Part shown: positions 43,618-54,097 of the stretch, piece by piece | Layout of the letters: each line of letters starts with the position of its first letter | Numbering within the stretch: position 1 is the stretch's first letter | Assembly (NCBI GenBank): GCA_035712465.1 | Contig: DASTAS010000006.1 | Location: 95,116-159,115 of the forward strand | Direction of reading: 5' to 3' | DNA from: Candidatus Angelobacter sp. | Lineage (GTDB): Bacteria > Acidobacteriota > Terriglobia > Terriglobales > Acidobacteriaceae | DNA length: 64,000 bases | Notes under the pieces: generated by a model | Database searches by the model: none | Told to the model about the DNA's origin: nothing | What the model saw: the letters and a program-made list of their open reading frames with translations, nothing else | Program-made: the position numbers and the translations under genes

Positions 43618-44821
43618 AAAAGTAGTTCTGGCATATTCCGGGGGGCTCGATACTTCCATCATCATTCCATGGCTGAAGGAAAACTATAACTGTGACGTGA
43701 TCGCCATGATTGCTGACGTCGGCCAGGGCGACGACATCGATGCCGTCGTGGAAAAAGCTCACAAGACAGGCGCCGCAAAAGTCGTGGTTGAGGATCTGCG
43801 CGATGAGTTTCTCAACGATTATGTCTTTCCGGCTCTGCGCGCGGGCGCAGTCTATGAAGACAAATATTTGTTGGGCACTTCGCTCGCGCGCCCCGTGATT
43901 GCAAAACACCAGGTGGAAGTAGCCTTGCGCGAAAATGCCACTGCTCTGGCCCACGGCTGCACCGGCAAAGGCAACGATCAGGTCCGCTTCGAGCATGCAT
44001 TTCAGGCCCTGGCTCCGGAATTAAAAGTAATAGCGCCTTGGCGCGAGTGGACGCTGAAATCGCGCGAGGATTGTCTCGACTACGCAGAACAGCGCGGCAT
44101 CTCCGTTACGGCGAGCCGGCAGAAAATTCACAGCCGCGATAGAAACATCTGGCACCTGAGCCATGAAGGCGGCGAACTGGAGGATCCGGCTAACGCTCCA
44201 TTTGAAAGCACCTGGCAATTGACTAAGTCTCCTCAGGAAGCGCCGGACCGCGAAGAAGCCGTCACTGTCGGCTTTGTTGCTGGAACTCCGGTCTCTGTGA
44301 ATGGACAAAAGCTGGATTCCGTCTCTCTGGTGGAATTGTTGAATGAGATTGGCGGGCGCAATGCGATTGGCCGAGTGGACCTGGTGGAAAACCGCTTTGT
44401 CGGCATTAAGTCGCGCGGCTGCTACGAAACTCCTGGCGGTACGCTGCTGCTCACCGCACATCGCGAACTGGAAGCGTTGTGCCTGGAACGTGACTTGATG
44501 CACTTCAAACAGCAGGTCGCTCTCAAGTATGCCGAAGTTGTCTATTACGGCCTGTGGTTTACGCCTTTGCGCGAGGCGCTGGATGCGTTCGTAACCGAAA
44601 CGCAGAAAGATGTGACTGGTACGGTTATGCTGAAGCTCTACAAGGGCAATATAGCGCTGGGCGGACGCGAATCAGAGTTTTCGCTGTACCGCACAGACCT
44701 GTCATCGTTCACCATGAGCGAAGCTTACAACCAGAAGGATGCGGAAGGCTTCATTCGCATTCTGGGACTGCCTGCGCGGTCGCGGGCCCGGCTGAAGCAG
44801 CATCATGAGGTCACAAAGTGA
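43610..44821 (+). CDS. argG: Argininosuccinate synthase
   Basis: [25 protein letters not shown]. Confidence 0.95.
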   Translation: MREKVVLAYSGGLDTSIIIPWLKENYNCDVIAMIADVGQGDDIDAVVEKAHKTGAAKVVVEDLRDEFLNDYVFPALRAGAVYEDKYLLGTSLARPVIAKHQVEVALRENATALAHGCTGKGNDQVRFEHAFQALAPELKVIAPWREWTLKSREDCLDYAEQRGISVTASRQKIHSRDRNIWHLSHEGGELEDPANAPFESTWQLTKSPQEAPDREEAVTVGFVAGTPVSVNGQKLDSVSLVELLNEIGGRNAIGRVDLVENRFVGIKSRGCYETPGGTLLLTAHRELEALCLERDLMHFKQQVALKYAEVVYYGLWFTPLREALDAFVTETQKDVTGTVMLKLYKGNIALGGRESEFSLYRTDLSSFTMSEAYNQKDAEGFIRILGLPARSRARLKQHHEVTK

Positions 44822-44823
44822 AG

Positions 44824-46221
44824 ATGTGGTCGGGCAGGTTCCGACAGCCGCTCGATCGCCGGTTCGAACAGTGGCAACGGTCGTTTCCGTTTGACCAGAA
44901 GCTGCTGGGCTACGAACTCACGGCAAGCCGTGCCCACGCGAGCACATTGCGCGCTGCCGATGTGATCTCAGCCGATGAGCTGAAGCAGATCGTCTTCGGC
45001 CTGCAGGAGATTGCAAAGCGGGCCGGCCAGGAGCCAGATTTCCTAAGCGATCCTGAGGCGGAGGACGTCCATCACTTTGTCGAGAAGAAGCTGGTTGCAT
45101 TGATCGGCGAGACTGGCAAGAAGCTCCACAGCGGGCGCAGCCGTAATGAGCAAATTGCTGCCGATCTGCGGCTATTCGTCCGTGATGTTATCGACCAGCT
45201 TTTGGCTTCGATTGATCAATTCCTGGGCGCGCTGCTGAAACGTGCGGAAGAAAACACTACTGCAGTGATGCCGGCGTACACCCACCTGCAGCGTGCTGAA
45301 CCTGTATTGTTGCCGCACTGGCTGCTTGCTTATTTTGAAATGTTCCGGCGCGATGCCGGACGTCTGCGCGACTGCCGTAAGCGCGTCAACGAATGCCCTC
45401 TGGGTTCAGGTGCGATTGCCGGCGCGCCGCTTTCCTTGGACCGCACCATCGCCAGCCGCGAGTTGGGCTTTGACCGTCCCTCCGCCAACAGCGTGGACGC
45501 TACAAGCGATCGCGACTTCGTGATCGAATTCGTAAACACGCTTTCTCTGCTGGGCCTGCACTTGAGCCGCTGGGCGGAAGAGCTGATTCTATTTGCCACG
45601 CAGGAGTACGGCTTCATTCAACTGCCGGAGGCATACTCCACCGGCAGCAGCGCCATGCCGCAAAAGCAGAATCCTGACGCGCTGGAGCTGATTCGCGGAA
45701 AATCGGCGCGGCTGATTGGCTGCCAGGTGGCGTTGATGGCTAGCGTGAAAGGCCTGCCGCTTGCCTACAACAAAGACATGCAGGAGATGCAGGAGCCGTT
45801 GCTCGATGCTGCTGCCACCGCGAGCGCCTGTCTTGAGATCGCCACCGGCTTCATGCGGGAGGTGAATTTCAATTGCGAGCGCATGAGACAGGCATGTGAA
45901 TCCGGATTCATGAATGCCCTGGCCGCGGCCACGTACCTGGTGCGGCGTGGAGTGCCATTTCGCCAGGCCCATGAAATTGTCGCCCATGCGGTGCAGAAGT
46001 GCCTGGAGAAGGGGTGTGAACTCGAGCAGCTTACCATGGAGGAATTTCGCGCTCTGAACTCCGCATTCGATACAGATATTTACCAGCATTTGAAACTGGA
46101 AGCTGTGCTGGACTGCCATGATGTTGAGGGCGGTACCGCAATGAAGAGTGTGCGCAATGCGCTGCGGACAGCGCGGCAACAACTCGTCGCAATGGAGGAG
46201 CCCCATGTTACGCACGCGTAA
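44824..46221 (+). CDS. argH: Argininosuccinate lyase
   Basis: MWSGRF start, GSSAMPQKQNP signature. GTG 44818 is an alternative start. Confidence 0.95.
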   Translation: MWSGRFRQPLDRRFEQWQRSFPFDQKLLGYELTASRAHASTLRAADVISADELKQIVFGLQEIAKRAGQEPDFLSDPEAEDVHHFVEKKLVALIGETGKKLHSGRSRNEQIAADLRLFVRDVIDQLLASIDQFLGALLKRAEENTTAVMPAYTHLQRAEPVLLPHWLLAYFEMFRRDAGRLRDCRKRVNECPLGSGAIAGAPLSLDRTIASRELGFDRPSANSVDATSDRDFVIEFVNTLSLLGLHLSRWAEELILFATQEYGFIQLPEAYSTGSSAMPQKQNPDALELIRGKSARLIGCQVALMASVKGLPLAYNKDMQEMQEPLLDAAATASACLEIATGFMREVNFNCERMRQACESGFMNALAAATYLVRRGVPFRQAHEIVAHAVQKCLEKGCELEQLTMEEFRALNSAFDTDIYQHLKLEAVLDCHDVEGGTAMKSVRNALRTARQQLVAMEEPHVTHA

Positions 46222-46723
46222 TGCCGTGTTGCCGGACGTGGAAGCGATCCATGCCATTATGCAGCCATACGCGGAGAAGAACATCCTCTTGCCGCGCAGC
46301 ATACCCGAGCTTTGCGAGAACGTGCGCGACTTCGTGGTGGCCGAGCACAACGGTGAAATCGTGGGCTGCGGCGCGCTGCATCTCTACGGAATGCACCTGG
46401 CGGAGATACGCTCTATTGCAGTTACGCCGAGCGCAAAAGGGCTGGGCGCCGGCCGCAGACTGGTCGAAGCTCTCATGATTGAAGCTGAACGACATCATGT
46501 GACCTGTGTTTGCCTCTTCACGCGAATTCCTGAGTTTTTCGCGCACATGGGATTCAGGGTGGCGACACGCGAGGCGCTTCCTGACAAGATCTACAAAGAT
46601 TGCCGCCACTGTCCCTTCCTCTACGCGTGCGATGAAATCGCCATGTTTCGCGGTGACTTGCCGCAGCAGGACGGTATTCGCAAGATTGAGCTTCCTATTC
46701 CTTTGGTGAGGCTGGAAGCGTGA
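46205..46723 (+). CDS. GNAT N-acetyltransferase (short ArgA-like amino-acid acetyltransferase)
   Basis: Acetyl-CoA motif IAVTPSAKGLGAGRRLVEAL. It is embedded in the arg operon and overlaps the argH end by 17 nt. Confidence 0.7.
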   Translation: MLRTRNAVLPDVEAIHAIMQPYAEKNILLPRSIPELCENVRDFVVAEHNGEIVGCGALHLYGMHLAEIRSIAVTPSAKGLGAGRRLVEALMIEAERHHVTCVCLFTRIPEFFAHMGFRVATREALPDKIYKDCRHCPFLYACDEIAMFRGDLPQQDGIRKIELPIPLVRLEA

Positions 46724-47907
46724 ACGTAAGTCCTCCCCGGGGATTTCTTTTTTCCGCTTGTGTTGCCGGGATCAAGGCCAGTGGTAAGCCCGATCTGGCC
46801 CTGGCACTCGCTTCAGAAGGCGCGGCAGCTGCGGCCATGTTCACCCGCAATCAGGTTGTGGCTGCTCCGCTTACAGTGGGGCGCAATCACCTGCGTGCAT
46901 CCCGCGGGCGGGTGCATGCGGTAATCGTGAACGCGGGGAACGCGAACTGCGCCACGGGGAAGAAGGGATTGCGGGCGGCCCAGGTTGTGTGCCGGCAACT
47001 GGCAAAGCAATGCGGAATCCGCGAGCATCAGGTCTTTCCGTCTTCCACTGGTATCATCGGCGTGCCGCTGCCCGCGGAAAAAATAAGCGCTGCGCTGCCA
47101 CAGTTGGTCAGTTCAGCTCAAGCGGCCGGCGAAGGCCTGGATGCCTTTGCCAGGGCAATCATGACCACGGACACACACCAGAAGATCGCCTCACAGTCCA
47201 TTACGCATCGAGGGACGAGTTGTACGCTGGTGGGAGTGGCCAAAGGGGCAGGGATGATCCATCCCAATATGGCCACAATGCTCGTCTATCTGTTTACTGA
47301 CGTGCTGGCCACACCTCGAGAGCTGCAACACTATCTGAAGGTGGCGGTGGATGAGAGCTTTCACAACATTTCGATTGACGGTGATACGTCTACCAACGAC
47401 ACGGTCCTGCTGCTGGCCAGCGGGAAGAGCGGGTTAACTCTGAAAGCAGTTCGCTCGGAGTTTGAATCGGCTTTGGTGAAGGTATGCCGCTCGCTGGCCG
47501 CGCAGATTGTCGCCGACGGCGAAGGCGTGAAGCACGTGGTACGGCTGAAAATCGAGCAGGCACGGACAACTGAAGAGGCAAGGCAGATCGCGCGTGCCAT
47601 TGCGAATTCGCCGCTGGTTAAGACGGCTTGGGCCGGGGCGGATCCGAATTGGGGACGAATCCTTGCGGCCGCGGGTTACTCGGGGGTGAAGATTGATCCA
47701 GGCCGGATCAACATATATCTCGGCGAATTGCAGATCTGTCGTGACGGAGCGGCATGCCCCTTTGATAAAGCGGTTGCCCACCGGTACATGTCAGAGCCGG
47801 CTTATGACATACGCGTCGCTGTGGGCTCAGGCTCGGCCACCCTGGATTTCCTCACCTGTGACCTAACCCAGGAGTATGTCCGCTTCAACGGCGAGTATTC
47901 CACGTAA
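46720..47907 (+). CDS. argJ: Bifunctional glutamate N-acetyltransferase / amino-acid acetyltransferase
   Basis: GFLFSACVAGIK, IMTTDT, autoprocessing-site region GMIHPNMATML. GTGA overlap with the GNAT gene. Confidence 0.9.
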   Translation: MNVSPPRGFLFSACVAGIKASGKPDLALALASEGAAAAAMFTRNQVVAAPLTVGRNHLRASRGRVHAVIVNAGNANCATGKKGLRAAQVVCRQLAKQCGIREHQVFPSSTGIIGVPLPAEKISAALPQLVSSAQAAGEGLDAFARAIMTTDTHQKIASQSITHRGTSCTLVGVAKGAGMIHPNMATMLVYLFTDVLATPRELQHYLKVAVDESFHNISIDGDTSTNDTVLLLASGKSGLTLKAVRSEFESALVKVCRSLAAQIVADGEGVKHVVRLKIEQARTTEEARQIARAIANSPLVKTAWAGADPNWGRILAAAGYSGVKIDPGRINIYLGELQICRDGAACPFDKAVAHRYMSEPAYDIRVAVGSGSATLDFLTCDLTQEYVRFNGEYST

Positions 47908-48021
47908 CCATCCTCGAGAGCTGACCTGGAGATTTACTACAGTCACCTGATTATTGTGCTCTCGCAAGAGCTTTCCCTGGATTGATCGGCTGGTGAATTG
48001 GCGTGCGACAATGGCTACAAC

Positions 48022-48810
48022 ATGAGTCTGCCTTCGATCTGTTTTGTCTTGCTTATGCTTACCATGCCACGGATGCAGTCTGCCGGAAAAAGCCGGTCGG
48101 GACCCGTTCCCGAGTACACCTACAAAATCGTGAATACTTTTCCGCACGACCCGCAGGCGTACACGCAGGGCCTGGTGTACAACGACGGGTTTTTCTATGA
48201 GGGCACAGGGCTGAATGGCCGATCGTCATTGCGCAAAGTGCGGCCGGAAACGGGAGAAGTTCTGCAGCGGGTCGATTTGCCTCCCGAGTTCTTCGGGGAA
48301 GGAATCGCGCTGCTGGGTGGGAAAATTTTCCAGCTTACATGGAAGGCGCACGCAGGATTCATTTACGACGCACGCGATTTTCGCCAGCTCGGTCAATTTT
48401 CCTACCCGGGTGAAGGTTGGGGACTTACCACGGACGGACGTGTGCTCTATATGAGCGACGGAACGCCGGAAATTCGCGTACTTGATCCTGCTACGTTTAA
48501 AGAGAAGCGCCGGATCAGGGTCCACGACGGCGCAACTGCCATTCAGGAGCTGAACGAACTGGAATACATCAATGGTGAAATCTTCGCCAACATATGGCAG
48601 ACGGACAGAATTGCGCGAATTTCTCCGCGTACCGGCAAGGTCTTGGGATGGGTTGACCTGGCTGGAATCCTCAGCCCCGTTTACCGCAGAACTCCTGACG
48701 CAGTGCTGAACGGGATTGCCTACGATCAGAAAGGCAAACGGCTGTTCGTGACAGGGAAGTTGTGGCCCAGCATCTTCCAGATCCAACTCGTTCCAAAGCA
48801 CCACGACTGA
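48022..48810 (+). CDS. Glutaminyl-peptide cyclotransferase (beta-propeller type)
   Basis: Signal peptide. FPHDPQAYTQGLVY.DGFFYEGTGLNGRSSLRKV...FGEGIALLGGKIFQLTWK. Confidence 0.85.
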   Translation: MSLPSICFVLLMLTMPRMQSAGKSRSGPVPEYTYKIVNTFPHDPQAYTQGLVYNDGFFYEGTGLNGRSSLRKVRPETGEVLQRVDLPPEFFGEGIALLGGKIFQLTWKAHAGFIYDARDFRQLGQFSYPGEGWGLTTDGRVLYMSDGTPEIRVLDPATFKEKRRIRVHDGATAIQELNELEYINGEIFANIWQTDRIARISPRTGKVLGWVDLAGILSPVYRRTPDAVLNGIAYDQKGKRLFVTGKLWPSIFQIQLVPKHHD

Positions 48811-48982
48811 GCCTTGCCTGCCAGCGCGAACTCTTTTGAGTGGTAACATGATGTCGCGCGTTCAGGGGCGCATCCGGTCCGCGGAAAGCACAGAGTGCAC
48901 CCGTCTTAATTACAATTGATCACGAACTCACTTTCAGCCTGCACATGCGGACGCCGGGCGCAACAGATGAAAGGAAGTTCGT

Positions 48983-50097
48983 ATGCCAACCAGGCCATTG
49001 CCTCAGAATCCAAACATTCTTCAGCTCAAACATCAGGCAAAGGACCTGATAAAAGCCTCCAAGAGCGCTGATCGCGCGGCGCTGCAAAGAATTCGCGAGT
49101 TTCATCCCGCTTCAGCAAGTCCCGCGATGCGGAGATCGCCGCCGCAAAGTTTGTCCTGAGCGATGCTCAGCTTACCATCGCGCGTGAATACGGGTTTGCA
49201 AGCTGGCCAAGGCTCAAGGCGCGTGTGGGAGAGCCAAAAAGCTCGGGCCGTGAGAAGCTCGCTCATCATGAACGCATTGACGATCCGGTATTTCGCCGGG
49301 CAGTGGAGTTACTTGATGCAGGGGATGAAGAAGAACTCAGGGCACATCTGCGGGCCCATCCGGAGGTTGTGCACCAGCGCGTAGAGTTCGAAGGGGATAA
49401 CTACTTCCGCAATCCCACGCTGCTAGAGTTCATAGCGGAAAATCCTGTACGGCGTGGGACGCTGCCTGCCAATATCGCCGAAATAGCCAGGATCATTCTG
49501 GATGCCGGTGCAAAGACAGACGGGACGGCAATGAACTCGGCGCTCGGGGTGGTATGTTCGGGCCGGGTAGCGCGGGAATGCGGCGTACAAGCTGCTTTAA
49601 TCGATGTGCTCTGCGATTACGGCGCTGACGCCGATGCGGCTCTGTTGTCCGCGCTGGCGCATGGTGAGTTCATCGCTGTTGAGGCTCTGCTTCGACGTGG
49701 CTCTGCATTGAGTCTTCCCGTTGCGGCTGCAACGGGAAGAACCGAAGACGCGCAACGGTTGTTGCCACGGGCGACCAGCGAAGAGCGGCATGTCGCGCTG
49801 GCGCTCGCGTGCCAGCATGGGCGTTTGGAAGTTGTGCGGGTGCTACTCGATGCCGGAGAGGATCCCAACCGCTATAACCCTGTTGGGTGCCATTCTCATT
49901 CCACGCCCCTGCATGAGGCGGCGCTGGCAGGGCACCTTGAAGTCGCGAAGTTGCTGGTGAAGCGAGGCGCCAGACTGCATACGAGGGATATTCTCTTCCA
50001 CGGAACGCCCCTGGGCTGGGCCGAGCACGGCGGAAAGGCCGAAATTGCGGCCTACCTTCGCGACAGAGAAGCGAGTAACGGTTCGCAAACCGACTAG
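48983..50097 (+). pseudogene. Ankyrin-repeat protein interrupted by a single-base frameshift near 49106-49110
   Basis: ATG 48983 (RBS AAGGAAG) reads ...QRIREFHP and then goes out of frame to a TGA at 49157. The +1 frame continues RFSKSRDAEIAAAKFVLSDAQLTIAREYGF... into ORF 49225..50097, which carries ankyrin repeats (TPLHEAALAGHLEVAKLLV). Confidence 0.65.
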
Positions 50098-50197
50098 CAC
50101 TTCCGGACGGGCTGCACGCCGACGGGGAGCGTTCGTTCAATGGTATCTTGTAGGCTGCCTCCGCAGTCCGGCGGAGTAGCGGAGAATCGCGATTCCG

Positions 50198-51703
50198 ATG
50201 GAAGTTTTAAAGCATCTTTTCGAGCAACATTTTCGCCGGCCAGTGGAGCACGTGCAGCCGCTGCAGGGCGGTTTGGGCGGCTCGGGGCGGCGCATTGTCC
50301 GTCTCACCGGAGAGAACTCGAGCGCCATCGGAGTGCTCTACGATGTACGTGAAGAGAATGTGGCGTTTCTAGAATTTTCGCGTCATTTCCGCCGCCATGG
50401 GCTGCCAGTACCGGAAATCTACGCTGACGATCTGAAACAGGGAGCGTACCTGGAGCAGGACCTCGGCGACACCACGCTGTTTGATTTCCTCTCCAGAAAT
50501 CGCCAAGGTGAGGCGATTGCTCCTACGGTGGTCGAGGCTTACCGCCAGGTGGTGGAGATTCTTCCGCGATTTCAGGTGGAAGCCGGCCGTGATCTCAACT
50601 ACAAGGTCTGCTATCCGCGCGGCAGTTTTGACCGCCAGTCGATTGCCTGGGACCTTAACTACTTCAAGTATTATTTCCTCCGCCTCAGCGGTGTCCCGTT
50701 TAGCGAGCAGGACCTGGAGACCGACTTTGGACGGCTGACCCGGTTTCTGCTGACGGCTCCGCGCGACTATTTTCTTTATCGCGACTTCCAGTCACGCAAC
50801 GTGATGCTCTTCGATGGCAAGTCGTGGTTCCTGGATTACCAGGGCGGCCGCAAGGGAGCGCTTCAGTATGACATCGCTTCGCTTCTGTACGACGCCAAAG
50901 CTGATTTGCCTCCTGCTCTGCGCCAGCACCTGCTTGAACATTACCTCAAGACCCTTCAACAGTATGTGGACATCAGTCCTGAAGCCTTCATGCAACATTA
51001 TTACGGCTTCGTCTACATTCGTCTCATGCAGGCGCTCGGGGCGTACGGCTTTCGAGGGTTTTACGAGCGCAAACCGCACTTCCTGCAGAGCGTTCCGTTT
51101 GCGCTCAAGAACCTGAGCTGGCTGGTGAACAATGTAGAGCTGCCAGTCGCGGTGCCGGAGCTGATGACGGCGTTCAAGAACATGCTGCTTTCCGACAAGC
51201 TGCTCAACTTGAATCCAGGTCTCGAGAAAAATGAGGCACACGGTTCGTCCATCCTGACTGTGCGCATTTTCAGCTTTTCATTCCACCAGGGGGGACCGCC
51301 AAAGGACCCAAGCGGCAACGGAGGTGGCTTCGTTTTTGACGCGCGCACCATCCCCAATCCCGGACGGGAAGAGCGCTTTAAAAACCTGACCGGCAAGGAT
51401 GCACCAGTGATTGAATACCTTGATCAGCAGGAGAGCGCGCATCAGTTCTTCGCCCACGCGACCGCGTTGGTGGATGCCAGTGTGGAGAACTACAAGAGCC
51501 GAGGCTTCGCCGATCTGATGGTGTCATTCGGCTGTACCGGAGGCCAGCATCGGTCCGTTTACATGGCAGAGCACCTGGCCATCCATCTGCGTCAGAAGAC
51601 CGGCGTCGCGGTTGTGGTGCGGCACATCCAACTGGAGAAGCTGACCGCCAAACACACAGAGGAAGCTCTAAGCATTGCGGGCGTGGAGAATATCGACCGA
51701 TGA
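50198..51703 (+). CDS. AmgK-like (APH-fold) sugar kinase fused to a RapZ C-terminal-like domain
   Basis: The N-terminal part has YRDFQSRNVM...LDYQGGRKGALQYDIASLLYDA (APH/AmgK catalytic loop). The C-terminal part has FVFDARTIPNPG...LTGKD..V..YL...FGCTGGQHRSVY (RapZ C-domain signature). Confidence 0.75.
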   Translation: MEVLKHLFEQHFRRPVEHVQPLQGGLGGSGRRIVRLTGENSSAIGVLYDVREENVAFLEFSRHFRRHGLPVPEIYADDLKQGAYLEQDLGDTTLFDFLSRNRQGEAIAPTVVEAYRQVVEILPRFQVEAGRDLNYKVCYPRGSFDRQSIAWDLNYFKYYFLRLSGVPFSEQDLETDFGRLTRFLLTAPRDYFLYRDFQSRNVMLFDGKSWFLDYQGGRKGALQYDIASLLYDAKADLPPALRQHLLEHYLKTLQQYVDISPEAFMQHYYGFVYIRLMQALGAYGFRGFYERKPHFLQSVPFALKNLSWLVNNVELPVAVPELMTAFKNMLLSDKLLNLNPGLEKNEAHGSSILTVRIFSFSFHQGGPPKDPSGNGGGFVFDARTIPNPGREERFKNLTGKDAPVIEYLDQQESAHQFFAHATALVDASVENYKSRGFADLMVSFGCTGGQHRSVYMAEHLAIHLRQKTGVAVVVRHIQLEKLTAKHTEEALSIAGVENIDR

Positions 51704-52443
51704 AGGCGATGATTCTGGCCGCTGGGCTGGGGACCCGCCTGCGGCCGCTAACAGACAGCCGGCCCAAGGCGTTGGTGGAAGTTGGCGGGCGGACTCTGCT
51801 TGAACTCACACTCACGCGCCTGCGCGATTCCGGTGTCAGCGAGGTAATCGTCAACGTGCATCACTTCGCGGAGATGGTGGTGGAATATCTGGCGGCTAAG
51901 AACAATTTTGGCCTCAGCGTTGAGATTTCTCACGAAGATGACCTCCTGCTCGACACAGGCGGCGGTCTGAAAAAGGCGGCATGGTTTTTCCTTGAAGACT
52001 CCGATTCTCCCGATCAGCCCTTCATTCTGCATAACGTAGATGTGAGCACCAACATCGACCTCTGCCGGATGGTGGAGTTCCATCGTCAGCGCAAGCCGCT
52101 GGCCACACTTGCTGTGCAGACAAGAGAGAGTTCGCGGCAACTTTTGTTCGACAATGACATGGCTTTGTGCGGTCGCCGGATTCAAGGTCGGCCGGATGAG
52201 ATCGTTTCCGCGAACGCGTCTGTTCAGCCGCTGGCCTTCAGCGGCATCCACGTAATCTCGCCGCGGCTATTGCCGATGATCACTGAAGAAGGAGTCTTCT
52301 CCATTATTGATGTGTATCTGCGGTTGGCCGCAGAGCGGGAAGCGATTGTGGGATTCTCGGCCGATGAGTACTCCTGGCGTGACGTGGGGCGGCTGGAAGA
52401 TCTCAAACAGGCAAACGAAGAAACAATGCCAAAATTGCGCTAG
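51700..52443 (+). CDS. Sugar-1-phosphate nucleotidyltransferase (MurU-like)
   Basis: MKAMILAAGLGTRLRPLTDSRPKALV. ATGA overlap with the kinase gene. Confidence 0.8.
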   Translation: MKAMILAAGLGTRLRPLTDSRPKALVEVGGRTLLELTLTRLRDSGVSEVIVNVHHFAEMVVEYLAAKNNFGLSVEISHEDDLLLDTGGGLKKAAWFFLEDSDSPDQPFILHNVDVSTNIDLCRMVEFHRQRKPLATLAVQTRESSRQLLFDNDMALCGRRIQGRPDEIVSANASVQPLAFSGIHVISPRLLPMITEEGVFSIIDVYLRLAAEREAIVGFSADEYSWRDVGRLEDLKQANEETMPKLR

Positions 52444-52526
52444 TATGGAGCACGCTTTCAGCCATGTGCCTCGAAGTGAATTCTTCAACTAATCAAGTCT
52501 GTTAGCTGCCAATTGCTATTTGGTTC

Positions 52527-54029
52527 TTAATGGCTGTTCTCGTAACTTTTCACCCACTCCACGATGCTTCGCACGGCGATGCCTGACGGTCCTTTGGCGA
52601 TCCAGCTCTTGTTCTCTTCCATCCACGCTGTGCCGGCGATGTCGAGATGAATCCAAGGGGTAGTGTCAACAAACTCCTTCAAAAATGCCGCTGCCGTGCT
52701 GGCGCCTCCCCAACGCCCGCCGGTGTTCATGATATCGGCGATATTGGAACGGATCATGTCGGTATAGTCGCTGTCAACAGGGAGCCTCCAGAATTTTTCT
52801 CCGGAACGCTCCAGGGCGCGCGTGAAATGCTGATATGCCTCTTCGTCATTGGAGAATACGCCGGCGTTTGCGTAACCAAGAGCGACCACGCATGCGCCGG
52901 TGAGAGTGGCCGCATCGATGAGGTGAGTGCAGCCCTGAGTGCGCGCATAGTGCAGGCCGTCGGCGAGAACGAGCCGGCCTTCCGCATCGGTGTTGATGAT
53001 CTCGATGGATTTGCCGGACATGGCAATCTGGACATCGCCGGGCTTCTGTGCTTTTCCGCTGGGCATGTTCTCTGTAGCGCAGACAATCCCGATGACCTTG
53101 ATCTTCGGTTTAAGCTGGGCGATGGCCCGCATGGCGCCGATCATCGCGGCTCCGCCTGCCATGTCGTATTTCATCTTCTCCATGCCATCGGCCGGCTTGA
53201 TGGAGATGCCGCCGGTATCAAAGGTGATCCCTTTGCCCACCAATCCCAGGACCGGCTTTTCCGGAGCGCCCTGCGGTTCATAACGCATCACGATCAGGCG
53301 CGGTTCTTCATCGCTGCCCTGGGCCACGCTCCAGAAGGCGCCCATCTTCATGGCTTTGATCTTGTCCGGGCCCATGATTTCGCATTTGAGGCCCACGCTC
53401 TCGCACATTTTGCGGGCGCGCTCCGCGAACATGGTGGGAGTGAGCCGGTTGCTCGGTTCGTTCACCAGTTCACGAGTAAAGTTCTGGGATTCGCCAATGA
53501 CACGCCCCTGTTCGATTGCGCGCTGCAGTTTGGACTGATCAGAACCTTGCGGGGCGACAACCGTGACATCCTTCATCGAGAGATCTTTGCGGTCGCTGCG
53601 ATAAGTATCCGGATCAAAGTCGGCGACGAATGCTCCTTCAACAATCGAGCGCACAGCGTCCTCCGCGCCGGTGGCCATCTCCGGCAGCGCGATGGCGCAG
53701 CTTTTAATCATCTTCGGCTTCAAAAAACGAAGCACAGTTCCCGCAGCTTTGCGCAGTTCCACGTGAGTGAAGCCGGCAGTCTTGCCAACGCCGACGGCCA
53801 GAAGCCTTTTTGCCTTGAGCCCTTGAGGGTGATGGAGCAAAACAGTTTCCATGGCTTTTCCGGTAATTTCGCCTGCGCTGATCAGGTCAGCCATGGCCTT
53901 TTCCACCGCAGCATCTTTGCCGGCGAACTTGGGCAGCGGCTTTTGCTTGTCGCCGTCGTCGCGAACAAAGATGGCAAGACACTCTGTTTCGACTTCGGCC
54001 AGGCTTGAGAGGATCAATCGGATATCCAT
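52527..54029 (-). CDS. pepA: Leucyl aminopeptidase (M17)
   Basis: VGKGITFDTGG, NTDAEGRLVLAD. Confidence 0.9.
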   Translation of the reverse strand: MDIRLILSSLAEVETECLAIFVRDDGDKQKPLPKFAGKDAAVEKAMADLISAGEITGKAMETVLLHHPQGLKAKRLLAVGVGKTAGFTHVELRKAAGTVLRFLKPKMIKSCAIALPEMATGAEDAVRSIVEGAFVADFDPDTYRSDRKDLSMKDVTVVAPQGSDQSKLQRAIEQGRVIGESQNFTRELVNEPSNRLTPTMFAERARKMCESVGLKCEIMGPDKIKAMKMGAFWSVAQGSDEEPRLIVMRYEPQGAPEKPVLGLVGKGITFDTGGISIKPADGMEKMKYDMAGGAAMIGAMRAIAQLKPKIKVIGIVCATENMPSGKAQKPGDVQIAMSGKSIEIINTDAEGRLVLADGLHYARTQGCTHLIDAATLTGACVVALGYANAGVFSNDEEAYQHFTRALERSGEKFWRLPVDSDYTDMIRSNIADIMNTGGRWGGASTAAAFLKEFVDTTPWIHLDIAGTAWMEENKSWIAKGPSGIAVRSIVEWVKSYENSH

Positions 54030-54097
54030 AATGGCGCTTTCACTCCTAAAAACTGTTAGAACCTTTAACTTCCTAATGGTGAAAATTGTTAAATTCT

